NCBI GenBank assembly: GCA_903852325.1
Contig: CAINQO010000035.1
Location: 34,117 to 98,116 of the forward strand
DNA: 64,000 bases
Reading direction: 5' to 3'
Origin: Candidatus Omnitrophota bacterium
GTDB taxonomy: Bacteria > Omnitrophota > Gorgyraeia > Gygaellales > Profunditerraquicolaceae
Below are positions 17,993-25,974 of the stretch, one piece after another (position 1 is the stretch's first letter; each line of letters opens with the position of its first letter). The notes beneath the pieces are model-generated. The model did no database searches. It had not been told where the DNA came from and saw only the letters and a program-made list of their open reading frames with translations. The position numbers and the translations under genes are program-made.

Positions 17993-19037
17993 AAAAACAG
18001 AAAATCCGCGGATTTTGATCTTTAATGTTAACTGGCTGGGGGATGTTTTATTCTCATCCGCCGCCATCAGGAATATCCGCAGGAATTTCCCGAAAAGTTA
18101 CATTGCCTGCGTGATCCCTAGCCGCTGTTACCCGGTGCTCAAGGATAACCCGTATCTGGACGAGGTGATCATTTTCGACGAGCATGACCGGCACAAAGGG
18201 ATACTGGAGAAAATGAATTTTGTCAGTCTCCTGAAGAAAAAGCAGTTCGATAAAGTGTTTTTACTGCACCGCTCCTTCAGCCGGGCGCTCATCTGCCGTC
18301 TGGCCGGGATAAAGCAGCTTATCGGCCACTATACCAAAAAACGGGCCTTCCTTTTGACGCACAAAATTTTTCCTCCGAAAAAAGATTCCCTGCATCGCAT
18401 CGATTATTATCTGGATATTATTGAAAAGTCCGGTTTAAGGGTGGAGGACCGGTACCTGGATTTTTTTGTCAGCCATGAAGACCAGGAGCATGTCGACAGC
18501 TTTTTTAAGAAAAATTCCCTTTCCGATAAGGATCTGGTCATTGCCCTTAATCCCGGAGGCAATTGGGTGCCGAAACGCTGGCCGCCGGAATACTGGGCGG
18601 CCCTGGCGGATAAATTGATCAGCCAAACCGGCGCCAAGGTAATTATTACCGGCAGCATTTCGGATTTGTTGCTGGCCGGCCAGATAAAAGAGAGGATGCG
18701 CGAAACGCCTTTGACCGGCTGCGGGGTTTTTAATTTAAAACAGTTAGGGGCGCTGGCCAAGAAAGTGGACCTGTTCATTACCGCCGATACCGGGCCGCTG
18801 CATATTGCCAATGCGGTAGGGGCAAAAAAAATAATCGCTATTTTCGGCCCTACCGCGCAAAAGGTCACCGGGCCGTTCCCTTCGACCAATGTGGTCATCC
18901 TGCAAAAAGATACCGGCTGCCGGATCCCCTGTTATAAGGTGAACTGCCCGGACAGCCACTGCATGCGGGCGGTTACGCCGGATGATGTCCTGGCTCAGGT
19001 CAAGCAAATATTTAATCCCCGGCGGGAAACCCCGTAG
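17985..19037 (+). CDS. GT9-family glycosyltransferase (LPS heptosyltransferase-like)
   Basis: ILIFNVNWLGDVLFSSAAIRNIRRNFP, NPGGNWVPKRWPPEYW, ITADTGPLHIANAVGAKKIIAIFGPT. 350 aa. Confidence 0.85.
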   Translation: MSEKTENPRILIFNVNWLGDVLFSSAAIRNIRRNFPKSYIACVIPSRCYPVLKDNPYLDEVIIFDEHDRHKGILEKMNFVSLLKKKQFDKVFLLHRSFSRALICRLAGIKQLIGHYTKKRAFLLTHKIFPPKKDSLHRIDYYLDIIEKSGLRVEDRYLDFFVSHEDQEHVDSFFKKNSLSDKDLVIALNPGGNWVPKRWPPEYWAALADKLISQTGAKVIITGSISDLLLAGQIKERMRETPLTGCGVFNLKQLGALAKKVDLFITADTGPLHIANAVGAKKIIAIFGPTAQKVTGPFPSTNVVILQKDTGCRIPCYKVNCPDSHCMRAVTPDDVLAQVKQIFNPRRETP

Positions 19038-19076
19038 GTTTACCTGGGGATAAACGGGGATTTCCTGATGGGGAGG

Positions 19077-19106
19077 AAGCCCCGGACTTTAGTCTAAAGG
19101 GGCTTC
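19077..19106 (+). promoter_or_regulatory. Perfect 8-bp hairpin GAAGCCCC-N14-GGGGCTTC whose 3' strand contains the SD (AAGGGG) of the following gene
   Basis: Ends 5 nt before the ATG at 19112. Conceptually the same SD-sequestering arrangement as the leader elements. Confidence 0.35.
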
Positions 19107-19111
19107 ACAAA

Positions 19112-21127
19112 ATGAAAATCCTTTTTGTCACCTTAAGCAATATCGGCGATTGCATCCTCACCTTGCCGGTGCTGGATGGGCTGCGGGAAAAATACCCGCA
19201 GGCCAAAATCACCTGCTTAGTCCCTCCGGGGCCCAAAGAAATCTTTACCGCTAACCCTGCCGTGGCCCGGGTGTTTATTTTTGATAAACACGCCAAATTG
19301 CAAGAGAAGGTCAAATTATTTTTTTCCTTAAGCCGGGAGGAGTTTGACCTGGTGATCGATCTGCGGAATAGTTTTTTCGGCGCTTTCTTACCGGCGAAAA
19401 AATGGAACTTGTTCAGCGGCCCCTTGCGCCGGATACCCGGAAAGATCAAGCACATGAAAGACCGGCATTTATACCGGGCATTAGGCCGGGATTATCCTCT
19501 CTTAAGGAAATACCGTTCTTTTAATATTAAGCCGCAGGATGATGATTATATCGAAAAAATATTGGGCCCGGCCGCAGGGAAGAAACTGATCGTGGTTGCC
19601 CCCGGGGCAAAAAGCCGGTCCAAGTGCTGGGCTAAGGAAAATTTCCGCCTGCTCTGCGGCCGGCTGGCGGAAGAGGGGAATCAAATCGTGCTGACCGGGG
19701 ATAAAGCGGATCAGGAGGCCTGTGCTTATATCCGCCGGGAGGGAATAATCGATCTGTGCGGCCGGACCGACCTGGCGCAATTAGGGGCCCTGCTTAAACG
19801 GGCGCGGCTTTTGATCAGCAATGACAGCGCGGCAATGCACCTGGCCAGTTACCTGAACGTGCCGGTGGCGGCGATTTTCGGGCCGACGGATGAAAAAAAA
19901 TACGGCCCCTGGTCGGATAAAAATATCGTGATCAAAAAAGAGGTTTTTTGCCGCCCCTGCGCCAAAGCCCAATGCCGCTCCCTGAGCCTTGATTGCCTGG
20001 AGGCGATCAAGCCGGAGGATGTCCTGCGGCAGATCGAGCCGTTGCTTAAAGAACAAAAGGATGCCGCACTTTCTTTGCAAAATGAAATCCGAAACGGATT
20101 CCGCCGGATCCTGGTGGTGCGCACCGACCGGTTAGGGGACGTGATTTTATCCACCCCGGCGGTAAAAGCCTTAAGGCAGGCGTTTCCGCAAAGCTATATC
20201 GCGATGCTGGTTTCTTCCTACGCTAAAGACGCGGTGGAAGGTAACCCGGATTTAGATGCGGTGCTCGTTTTCGATAAAGAAGCCAAAGATAAGGGCGTGT
20301 TCGGCAGTTTAAAGTTGGCGGGTGAGCTTAAACAAAAGCAGTTTGATCTGGCGGTGATCCTGCATCCCACGGTGCGGGTGCATTTATTGATGTTTATCGC
20401 CGGGATTCCCCGGCGCGTAGGTTATGACCGCAAATTTGATTTTTTACTCACCGACAGGATCCCGCACGTAAAACAAGAAGGGCAAAAACACGAATCCGAA
20501 TATACCCTGGATTTAATCCGCTACCTGGGGGTCGCTCCGCAAAGCCCCGCATTGTTTGTGCCGGTAAAACAGGAGTCGGAAAAGTGGGTGGAAGCTTTAT
20601 TCCGGCAAGAAGGGATCGGCCCCAAAGATAAATTGCTGGTGATCCATCCGGCGGCAAGCTGTATTTCTAAAATTTGGCCGGCAGAAAGGTTTGCCCTGGT
20701 CGCCGACAGGCTGGCGCAACAATACGGTTTTAAAGTCTGCATTATTGCCGGGCCGAAAGATATAAGTAAAGCGGAACTGGTGAGCAGGAGTATGCAGGTT
20801 CCTGCTCTGAACCTGGCGGCAAAAACAACGGTCAGTCAGCTGGCCAGTTTAATCAAAAGGGCGCAGCTATTTATTTCCACGGATTCCGGACCGGTGCATA
20901 TTGCTTCCGCTTTTTCTATCCCCCAGGTTACGATTTTCGGGCGCAGCCAGGCAGGGCTTAGCCCAGTGCGTTGGGGCCCGCAAGGGGAGAGGATCAGGAT
21001 TTTACATAAAGAAGTCGGCTGTACGGCTTGCCTGGCGCATGACTGCCTTCGGGAATTTGCCTGTATTAAATCCATTACGGTTGAGGATGTACTTGAAGCA
21101 GCGGAGGAACTGATTAGTGGATTCTAG
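19112..21127 (+). CDS. Tandem double GT9 (two heptosyltransferase-like domains in one polypeptide)
   Basis: Two full repeats. Each begins I(L)xVxLxxxGDxILxxP (MKILFVTLSNIGDCILTLPVLDGL and ILVVRTDRLGDVILSTPAVKAL) and ends with the ...DSxxxHLA/IASA...IFGPT core. 671 aa. Confidence 0.8.
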   Translation: MKILFVTLSNIGDCILTLPVLDGLREKYPQAKITCLVPPGPKEIFTANPAVARVFIFDKHAKLQEKVKLFFSLSREEFDLVIDLRNSFFGAFLPAKKWNLFSGPLRRIPGKIKHMKDRHLYRALGRDYPLLRKYRSFNIKPQDDDYIEKILGPAAGKKLIVVAPGAKSRSKCWAKENFRLLCGRLAEEGNQIVLTGDKADQEACAYIRREGIIDLCGRTDLAQLGALLKRARLLISNDSAAMHLASYLNVPVAAIFGPTDEKKYGPWSDKNIVIKKEVFCRPCAKAQCRSLSLDCLEAIKPEDVLRQIEPLLKEQKDAALSLQNEIRNGFRRILVVRTDRLGDVILSTPAVKALRQAFPQSYIAMLVSSYAKDAVEGNPDLDAVLVFDKEAKDKGVFGSLKLAGELKQKQFDLAVILHPTVRVHLLMFIAGIPRRVGYDRKFDFLLTDRIPHVKQEGQKHESEYTLDLIRYLGVAPQSPALFVPVKQESEKWVEALFRQEGIGPKDKLLVIHPAASCISKIWPAERFALVADRLAQQYGFKVCIIAGPKDISKAELVSRSMQVPALNLAAKTTVSQLASLIKRAQLFISTDSGPVHIASAFSIPQVTIFGRSQAGLSPVRWGPQGERIRILHKEVGCTACLAHDCLREFACIKSITVEDVLEAAEELISGF

Positions 21128-21250
21128 GTTGAGGAGTGGGGATTGGGTCGAGTAGTGGGATAGGTAGTGCGGGTGAGTTGTGGGGTAGACCAACTACTAA
21201 TCCACACAACCTAACGCACTACTTTACCTAACCCACACTACTCACCCTAT
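21128..21250. repeat. G-rich/C-rich imperfect long palindrome (GTAGTGGG / CCCACTAC / ACTACTAAT words); related copy at 58419
   Basis: GGATTGGGTCGAGTAGTGGGATAGGTAGTGCGGGTGAGTTGTGGGGTAG is followed by the near-complementary CTAATCCACACAACCTAACGCACTACTTTACCTAACCCACACTACTCACCC. Immediately 3' of the GT9-GT9 gene. Confidence 0.5.
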
Positions 21251-21281
21251 GCTCGATTTTGGCTATCCAGTAATGCTTGAT

Positions 21282-21310
21282 TTGTCAGCAAATTGTGTTA
21301 AAATCATTAT
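21282..21310 (+). promoter_or_regulatory. Candidate sigma70 promoter giving a (near-)leaderless transcript for the DHS-like gene
   Basis: TTGTCA, 17 nt, CATTAT, then 5 nt to the ATG at 21316. Confidence 0.35.
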
Positions 21311-21315
21311 CTATT

Positions 21316-22245
21316 ATGATCAACTTAAAGAAGGTTAAAAGATATTCGCTTAAAGCCCGTTTAAGCAAGGTAAATAAGGGGGATTTTGCCCTTAAACCGG
21401 CTAAAGGCAGGAGTTTTTCCGTTTTTTTTGACTCCTTACCTAATATTTTAAAAGCCAAAGATTTACGCTCGGTTTCTGCCGATATTATCGCGGCGCGCCG
21501 GAAAAATAAAGGGGTGATTTTAATGGCCGGGGCCCACGTGATCAAGTGCGGGCTTAATCCGGTTTTGATCGAGTTGTTGGAAAAAAAAGTGATTACCTGT
21601 ATCTGCCTTAACGGGGCCGGATTGATCCACGATTTTGAGATCGCCTACCAGGGGAAGACTTCGGAAGATGTGGCCGCCAACCTCAAAGACGGGAAATTCG
21701 GGATGGGGATCGAGACCGCGGATTTTATCAACGCCGCGGTCAAAGAAGGGACTGAGGCGGGCTTTGGATTAGGTTATGCCTTAGCCAATAAAATGGCCGG
21801 GGCAGCTTTACCCAATAAAGATCTAAGCCTGATTTATAATGCCTATAAGCGTAAAATCCCGGTTTGTGTTTTTGCGGCGATCGGTACGGATATAATCCAT
21901 CAGCACCCTTCTTTCGACGCTGCGGCAACCGCCGTGGGCTCATTGCGGGATTTCCATATCCTGGTGGAGAGGATCCGCTCCTTGAATCAGGGGGGAGTGG
22001 TTTTAAATTTCGGCTCCGCGGTGCTTTTGCCTGAAGTATTTTTAAAGGCTTTGAACCTTGCCCGCAACCTGGGCAGCAAAGTGAAAGATTTTACTTCCGC
22101 TAATTTCGATATGATTTACCAGTACCGCGCGGCACAGAATGTAGTGAGCCGTCCCACCGCTTCCGGGGGTAAAGGCTATTATATTATCGGTCACCATGAG
22201 ATCATGCTGCCGCTTTTAGCCCAAAGTATATTGGAAAAAATCTGA
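21316..22245 (+). CDS. Deoxyhypusine synthase (DHS)-like NAD-binding family protein, function unknown, embedded in the LPS/heptose locus
   Basis: Three blocks follow the DHS pattern. AGAHVIKCGLNPVLIELLEKKVITCICLNGAGLIHDFE matches SN.ISSG.RE.I..L.....VDV.VTTAGGVEED. IPVCVFAAIGTDIIHQH matches IPVF.PA.TDGS.GD. LNQGGVVLNFGS matches GGGVVKHH. Start moved from the track's 21277 to the internal ATG at 21316 because 21277 overlaps the putative -35 box. Confidence 0.5.
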   Translation: MINLKKVKRYSLKARLSKVNKGDFALKPAKGRSFSVFFDSLPNILKAKDLRSVSADIIAARRKNKGVILMAGAHVIKCGLNPVLIELLEKKVITCICLNGAGLIHDFEIAYQGKTSEDVAANLKDGKFGMGIETADFINAAVKEGTEAGFGLGYALANKMAGAALPNKDLSLIYNAYKRKIPVCVFAAIGTDIIHQHPSFDAAATAVGSLRDFHILVERIRSLNQGGVVLNFGSAVLLPEVFLKALNLARNLGSKVKDFTSANFDMIYQYRAAQNVVSRPTASGGKGYYIIGHHEIMLPLLAQSILEKI

Positions 22246-22246
22246 C

Positions 22247-22317
22247 CCCGCACCTTCTTCGTATTCGATCTGAAGGTCAGGGGTAAAAAATAGTTAATAA
22301 TAGGAAGGTGCGGGGTG
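22247..22317 (+). promoter_or_regulatory. Leader element copy B (CCCCGCACCTTCTTC ... AGGAAGGTGCGGGGTG) upstream of hldE
   Basis: The 5' arm starts 2 nt after the upstream stop. An internal GAAGGTCAGGGG can alternatively pair with the anti-SD. The 3' arm supplies the SD and GTG start (22315). Confidence 0.6.
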
Positions 22318-23328
22318 AAGAACCTAAAAGAGATTGTCCGCAAATTCAAGCGGGCTAATATTTTGGTCGTCGGAGACCTGATCCTGGATGAATACATCTG
22401 GGGCGCGGTGGAGAGGATCTCTCCGGAGGCTCCCGTGCCGGTGCTTTGGGCCAACAAACGTACTTTTGTTCCCGGGGGCACCGCTAACGTGGCCAATAAC
22501 ATCGGCTCCTTCGGGGCAAAAGTGACTCTTTTGGGGGTCACCGGTTCCGACGCGAACTCCAAGATTTTGCTGGGCGAATTAAAGAAGAGAAAGATCGATA
22601 CGCGGGGTATTTTTGTCGAAAAAAATCGGCACACTACGGTCAAGACGCGGATCCTGGCCGGGCATCAGCAGGTAGTCCGGGTGGATTGGGAACATACCCA
22701 TGATCTGTCTCAAGAGTTAAACGATAAGATTTTAAAATTCATCCAGAAGAATATCGATGATTTCGACGCGATCATTATCGAGGATTACGGCAAAGGGGTA
22801 ATCAATGTCCCGCTCTTGAAAACGCTGATCGCTTTGGCGAAAAACCATAAAAAAATCATTACCGTTGATCCGAAAGAGGAGAACTTTCAGTTTTATCGGT
22901 CGGTAGATTCGATCACTCCTAACCGCAAGGAGCTGGAAAACGCGATAAGGAATTTGAAGATCCAGGACACGACCAACGGTTTCAAGATCAATACGGATAA
23001 ACTCTTTACGGATAAGGATGTGGACCGGGCTGCCCGGGAGATCCTGGAATACCTGCGTCTTGATTCTATTCTGGTTACCCTGGGGGAGCACGGGATGAAA
23101 CTTTTGGAAAAGAACGGCCGCCTTACCCATATTCCCACGGTAGCCCAGGAAGTTTTCGATGTTTCCGGCGCGGGGGATACCGTAATCAGCACCTTTACCC
23201 TGGCTTTAAGCGTGGGCGCTTCCAAATTAGAGGCGGCGCACATCGCCAATTTTGCCGCAGGGATAGTGGTAGGTAAATTGGGCACGGCAGTGACCAACAC
23301 TAAAGAACTATTAGAAAGGATTAAATAA
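22315..23328 (+). CDS. hldE: D-glycero-beta-D-manno-heptose 7-phosphate kinase (HldE domain I / RfaE1, PfkB family); no fused adenylyltransferase domain
   Basis: ILVVGDLILDEYIWGAVERISPEAPVPVL and the C-terminal DVSGAGDTV ribokinase motif. 337 aa, GTG start. Confidence 0.85.
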   Translation: MKNLKEIVRKFKRANILVVGDLILDEYIWGAVERISPEAPVPVLWANKRTFVPGGTANVANNIGSFGAKVTLLGVTGSDANSKILLGELKKRKIDTRGIFVEKNRHTTVKTRILAGHQQVVRVDWEHTHDLSQELNDKILKFIQKNIDDFDAIIIEDYGKGVINVPLLKTLIALAKNHKKIITVDPKEENFQFYRSVDSITPNRKELENAIRNLKIQDTTNGFKINTDKLFTDKDVDRAAREILEYLRLDSILVTLGEHGMKLLEKNGRLTHIPTVAQEVFDVSGAGDTVISTFTLALSVGASKLEAAHIANFAAGIVVGKLGTAVTNTKELLERIK

Positions 23329-23329
23329 T

Positions 23330-24082
23330 ATGGACGTAATCGGGGTGATCCCGGCCAGGTATTCATCTACCAGGTTCCAGGGTAAGGTCCTGGCGGACAT
23401 TCTGGGCAAGCCGATGCTCCAGCATGTCTGGGAAAGGGCCAAACAATGCCGTATGCTGGACGATCTGGTCATTGCCTGCGATAACGAGTTGATCCTGAAA
23501 ACCGCCTTAGGGTTCGGAGCCAAGGCGCAAATGACCTCTAAAGAGCATTCCTGCGGCACCGACCGGATCAGTGAAGTAGTTAACCCGCTGGATGTGAAGG
23601 TGATCATCAATATTCAGGCGGATGAACCGCTGATCCACCCGATGATGATCGACAGTGTCGCCCGGGCTTTGCTCGAGGATAAAATGCTGAACATGGCGAC
23701 GTTAATGAAAAAGATCGACGATGTCCTGGAACTTTTGGACCCTAATGTGGTTAAGGTGGTCGTGGATAAAAATAATTTCGCTTTATATTTTTCCCGCGCC
23801 CCGATCCCTTACCTGGCGCCGAATGCCGAAATCGACCAGGTCACTTACTACAAGCACATCGGGCTTTACGGTTACACCAAGGATTTTTTATTTACTTACA
23901 AAAACCTTCCGGTTTCTAACCTGGAAAAAACGGAAAAATTAGAGCAGCTGCGCGTGTTAGCGGAGGGGTTCCGGATCAAAGTGCTCCAGACGCAGTTCGA
24001 CACCGTGGGAGTGGATACGCCTAAAGATTTGGAGAGGGTTTTGTGGCAATTAAAAAAGGGGAAGAACGATGCATCCGGTTAA
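23330..24082 (+). CDS. kdsB: 3-deoxy-manno-octulosonate cytidylyltransferase (CMP-Kdo synthetase)
   Basis: VIGVIPARYSSTRFQGKVLADILGKPMLQHVWERA. 250 aa. Confidence 0.9.
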   Translation: MDVIGVIPARYSSTRFQGKVLADILGKPMLQHVWERAKQCRMLDDLVIACDNELILKTALGFGAKAQMTSKEHSCGTDRISEVVNPLDVKVIINIQADEPLIHPMMIDSVARALLEDKMLNMATLMKKIDDVLELLDPNVVKVVVDKNNFALYFSRAPIPYLAPNAEIDQVTYYKHIGLYGYTKDFLFTYKNLPVSNLEKTEKLEQLRVLAEGFRIKVLQTQFDTVGVDTPKDLERVLWQLKKGKNDASG

Positions 24083-24881
24083 TGTGGGAAAAATAAAATT
24101 CGGAGACCGCTACCCGCTGGTTTTGATCGCCGGCCCTTGCGCGATCGAATCGGAAAGTTCCTGCCTTGAGGCGGCGGCAAAGCTCAAGGAGATTACCGCC
24201 GGCTTAGGCGTTCCGTTCATCTTCAAGTCCAGCTTTGATAAGGCCAACCGGCTTTCCGTGGGGTCTTACCGCGGTCCGGGGCTAAAAAAAGGGTTGGCTA
24301 TTTTAAAGAAAGTAAAGTCGAAACTGAAACTCCCCATTTTAAGCGATGTGCATTGCGTGCATGATGTCGAGCCGGCCGCGCAGGTCCTGGATATTATCCA
24401 GATCCCGGCGTTTTTGAGCCGCCAAACCGATATTGTTTTAGCCGCCGGGCGCACCGGTAAAGTGGTGAATATTAAAAAAGGCCAGTTCCTGGCCCCCTGG
24501 GATATTTTACCGATTATCAAAAAAGTGGAAAGCACGGGGAATAAACAGATTTTAATCACTGAACGCGGAGCAAGCTTCGGTTACAATAATTTAGTCACGG
24601 ATTTCCGGAGTTTAGCGATCATGCGGGATTTTGGCTATCCGGTAATTTATGACGCTACCCACAGCGTGCAGCTTCCCGGAGGCCAGGGCGGCTGTTCGGG
24701 AGGGCAGACCCAGTTTGTCGCCGGGTTGTCCCGGGCGGCGGTGGCTTTTGGCTGCGACGGTTTATTTTTGGAGGTGCACGCTAACCCCAAAGCCGCTCCC
24801 TGCGACGGGCCGAACATGATCAACTACCGGGAATTGGAAGAGCTTTTAAAGCAAATCAAAAGGATCAGCCAGGTAATATAA
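24069..24881 (+). CDS. kdsA: 2-dehydro-3-deoxyphosphooctonate aldolase (Kdo-8-P synthase)
   Basis: PLVLIAGPCAIES...KSSFDKANR...DVH DAHP-synthase-like fold motifs. 270 aa. Confidence 0.9.
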   Translation: MHPVNVGKIKFGDRYPLVLIAGPCAIESESSCLEAAAKLKEITAGLGVPFIFKSSFDKANRLSVGSYRGPGLKKGLAILKKVKSKLKLPILSDVHCVHDVEPAAQVLDIIQIPAFLSRQTDIVLAAGRTGKVVNIKKGQFLAPWDILPIIKKVESTGNKQILITERGASFGYNNLVTDFRSLAIMRDFGYPVIYDATHSVQLPGGQGGCSGGQTQFVAGLSRAAVAFGCDGLFLEVHANPKAAPCDGPNMINYRELEELLKQIKRISQVI

Positions 24882-24899
24882 ACTTTAATAAGGTGCGGG

Positions 24900-25868
24900 A
24901 TGAGTATTGATTTGATCAAACGGGCAAAAGAAGTTTTGGAAATCGAAGCGCAGGCAGTGCGCCGGTTAAAGGGGTGCCTGGATAAAGGTTTTATTAAAGC
25001 GGTTGAGCTGATCCTGAAGAGCAAGGGCAGGGTAGTGGTTAGCGGAATGGGCAAGACCGGAATTATCGCCCAAAAATTTTCCGCGACTCTTGCTTCGACC
25101 GGGACCCCCAGTTTATTCCTGCATACCGCCGAAGCTATTCACGGGGATTTAGGCAAGGTTACCGCGGATGATGTGGTGATCATCCTTTCTAACAGCGGTT
25201 CGACCGAGGAGATGAAACAGCTTTTGCCGATCCTCAAAAAGATCGGCGCTCCGATCATTTCTTTGACCGGCAACACCAAATCCATTCTGGCCAAATACAG
25301 CGATGTGGTCCTGGATGTCTCCGTGAAAAAAGAGGCCTGTCCGTTAGGTTTGGCCCCCACGGCTTCCACTACCGCGGCTTTGGCGATGGCCGATGCCCTG
25401 GCGGTCTGCCTGCTGGAACGTAAGGGGTTTAAAGAAAAGGATTTTGCATTTTTCCATCCTGGGGGCACTTTAGGCAAGCGCCTGCTTTTGAGCGTCGCGG
25501 ATATCATGCGCCAGGGGCAGTCTAATGCCATTGTCCGCGAGGATAAATTGGTGGCGGAAGTTTTGTTGGCGATTACCCGGGCCCGGGCCGGCAGCGCTAT
25601 TGTGGTGGATAAGCAGGGAAAACTGAAGGGGATATTCACCGACGGAGACCTGCGCCGGCATTTAGCCACCGACAAGTATTTACCGCAGCGGCCGATCAAA
25701 GAAGTAATGACCAAAAACCCCACGGTAGTGAGCAAAGATATGCTGGCGGCAGAGGCGATGCGGATATTACAGGCCAGGAAGATCGATGAAGTCCCGGTGG
25801 TGGATAAATTCAGGCGCCCGGTGGGCTTATTGGATGTCCAGGACCTGCTTAAAGCCGGATTAATTTAA
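24900..25868 (+). CDS. kdsD: Arabinose-5-phosphate isomerase (SIS plus tandem CBS)
   Basis: SIS motif VVVSGMGKTGIIAQKFSATLASTGTPS plus C-terminal CBS pair. 322 aa. SD AAGGTGCGGG precedes the ATG. Confidence 0.9.
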   Translation: MSIDLIKRAKEVLEIEAQAVRRLKGCLDKGFIKAVELILKSKGRVVVSGMGKTGIIAQKFSATLASTGTPSLFLHTAEAIHGDLGKVTADDVVIILSNSGSTEEMKQLLPILKKIGAPIISLTGNTKSILAKYSDVVLDVSVKKEACPLGLAPTASTTAALAMADALAVCLLERKGFKEKDFAFFHPGGTLGKRLLLSVADIMRQGQSNAIVREDKLVAEVLLAITRARAGSAIVVDKQGKLKGIFTDGDLRRHLATDKYLPQRPIKEVMTKNPTVVSKDMLAAEAMRILQARKIDEVPVVDKFRRPVGLLDVQDLLKAGLI

Positions 25869-25872
25869 TCGA

Positions 25873-25963
25873 GGCGCAGCAATCAATGACTGCGCCGAAG
25901 ATTATCCGCCAACGATCCAGTGGCGGATAAATTTAGAAAGAAACTCCGGGCTTAGCCCGGAGT
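25873..25963 (+). promoter_or_regulatory. Three consecutive perfect stem-loops between kdsD and kdsC
   Basis: GGCGCAG-N10-CTGCGCC (25873..25896), TTATCCGCC-N11-GGCGGATAA (25902..25930) and ACTCCGGGC-TTA-GCCCGGAGT (25943..25963). None has a U-tract. Confidence 0.4.
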
Positions 25964-25974
25964 GATCCATTAAA

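Noticed and set aside
21277-21315. Upstream ATG (MICQQIVLKSLSI) as start of the DHS-like gene
   Set aside because: It would place the start inside the TTGTCA -35 box of the only plausible promoter. The internal ATG at 21316 is preferred.
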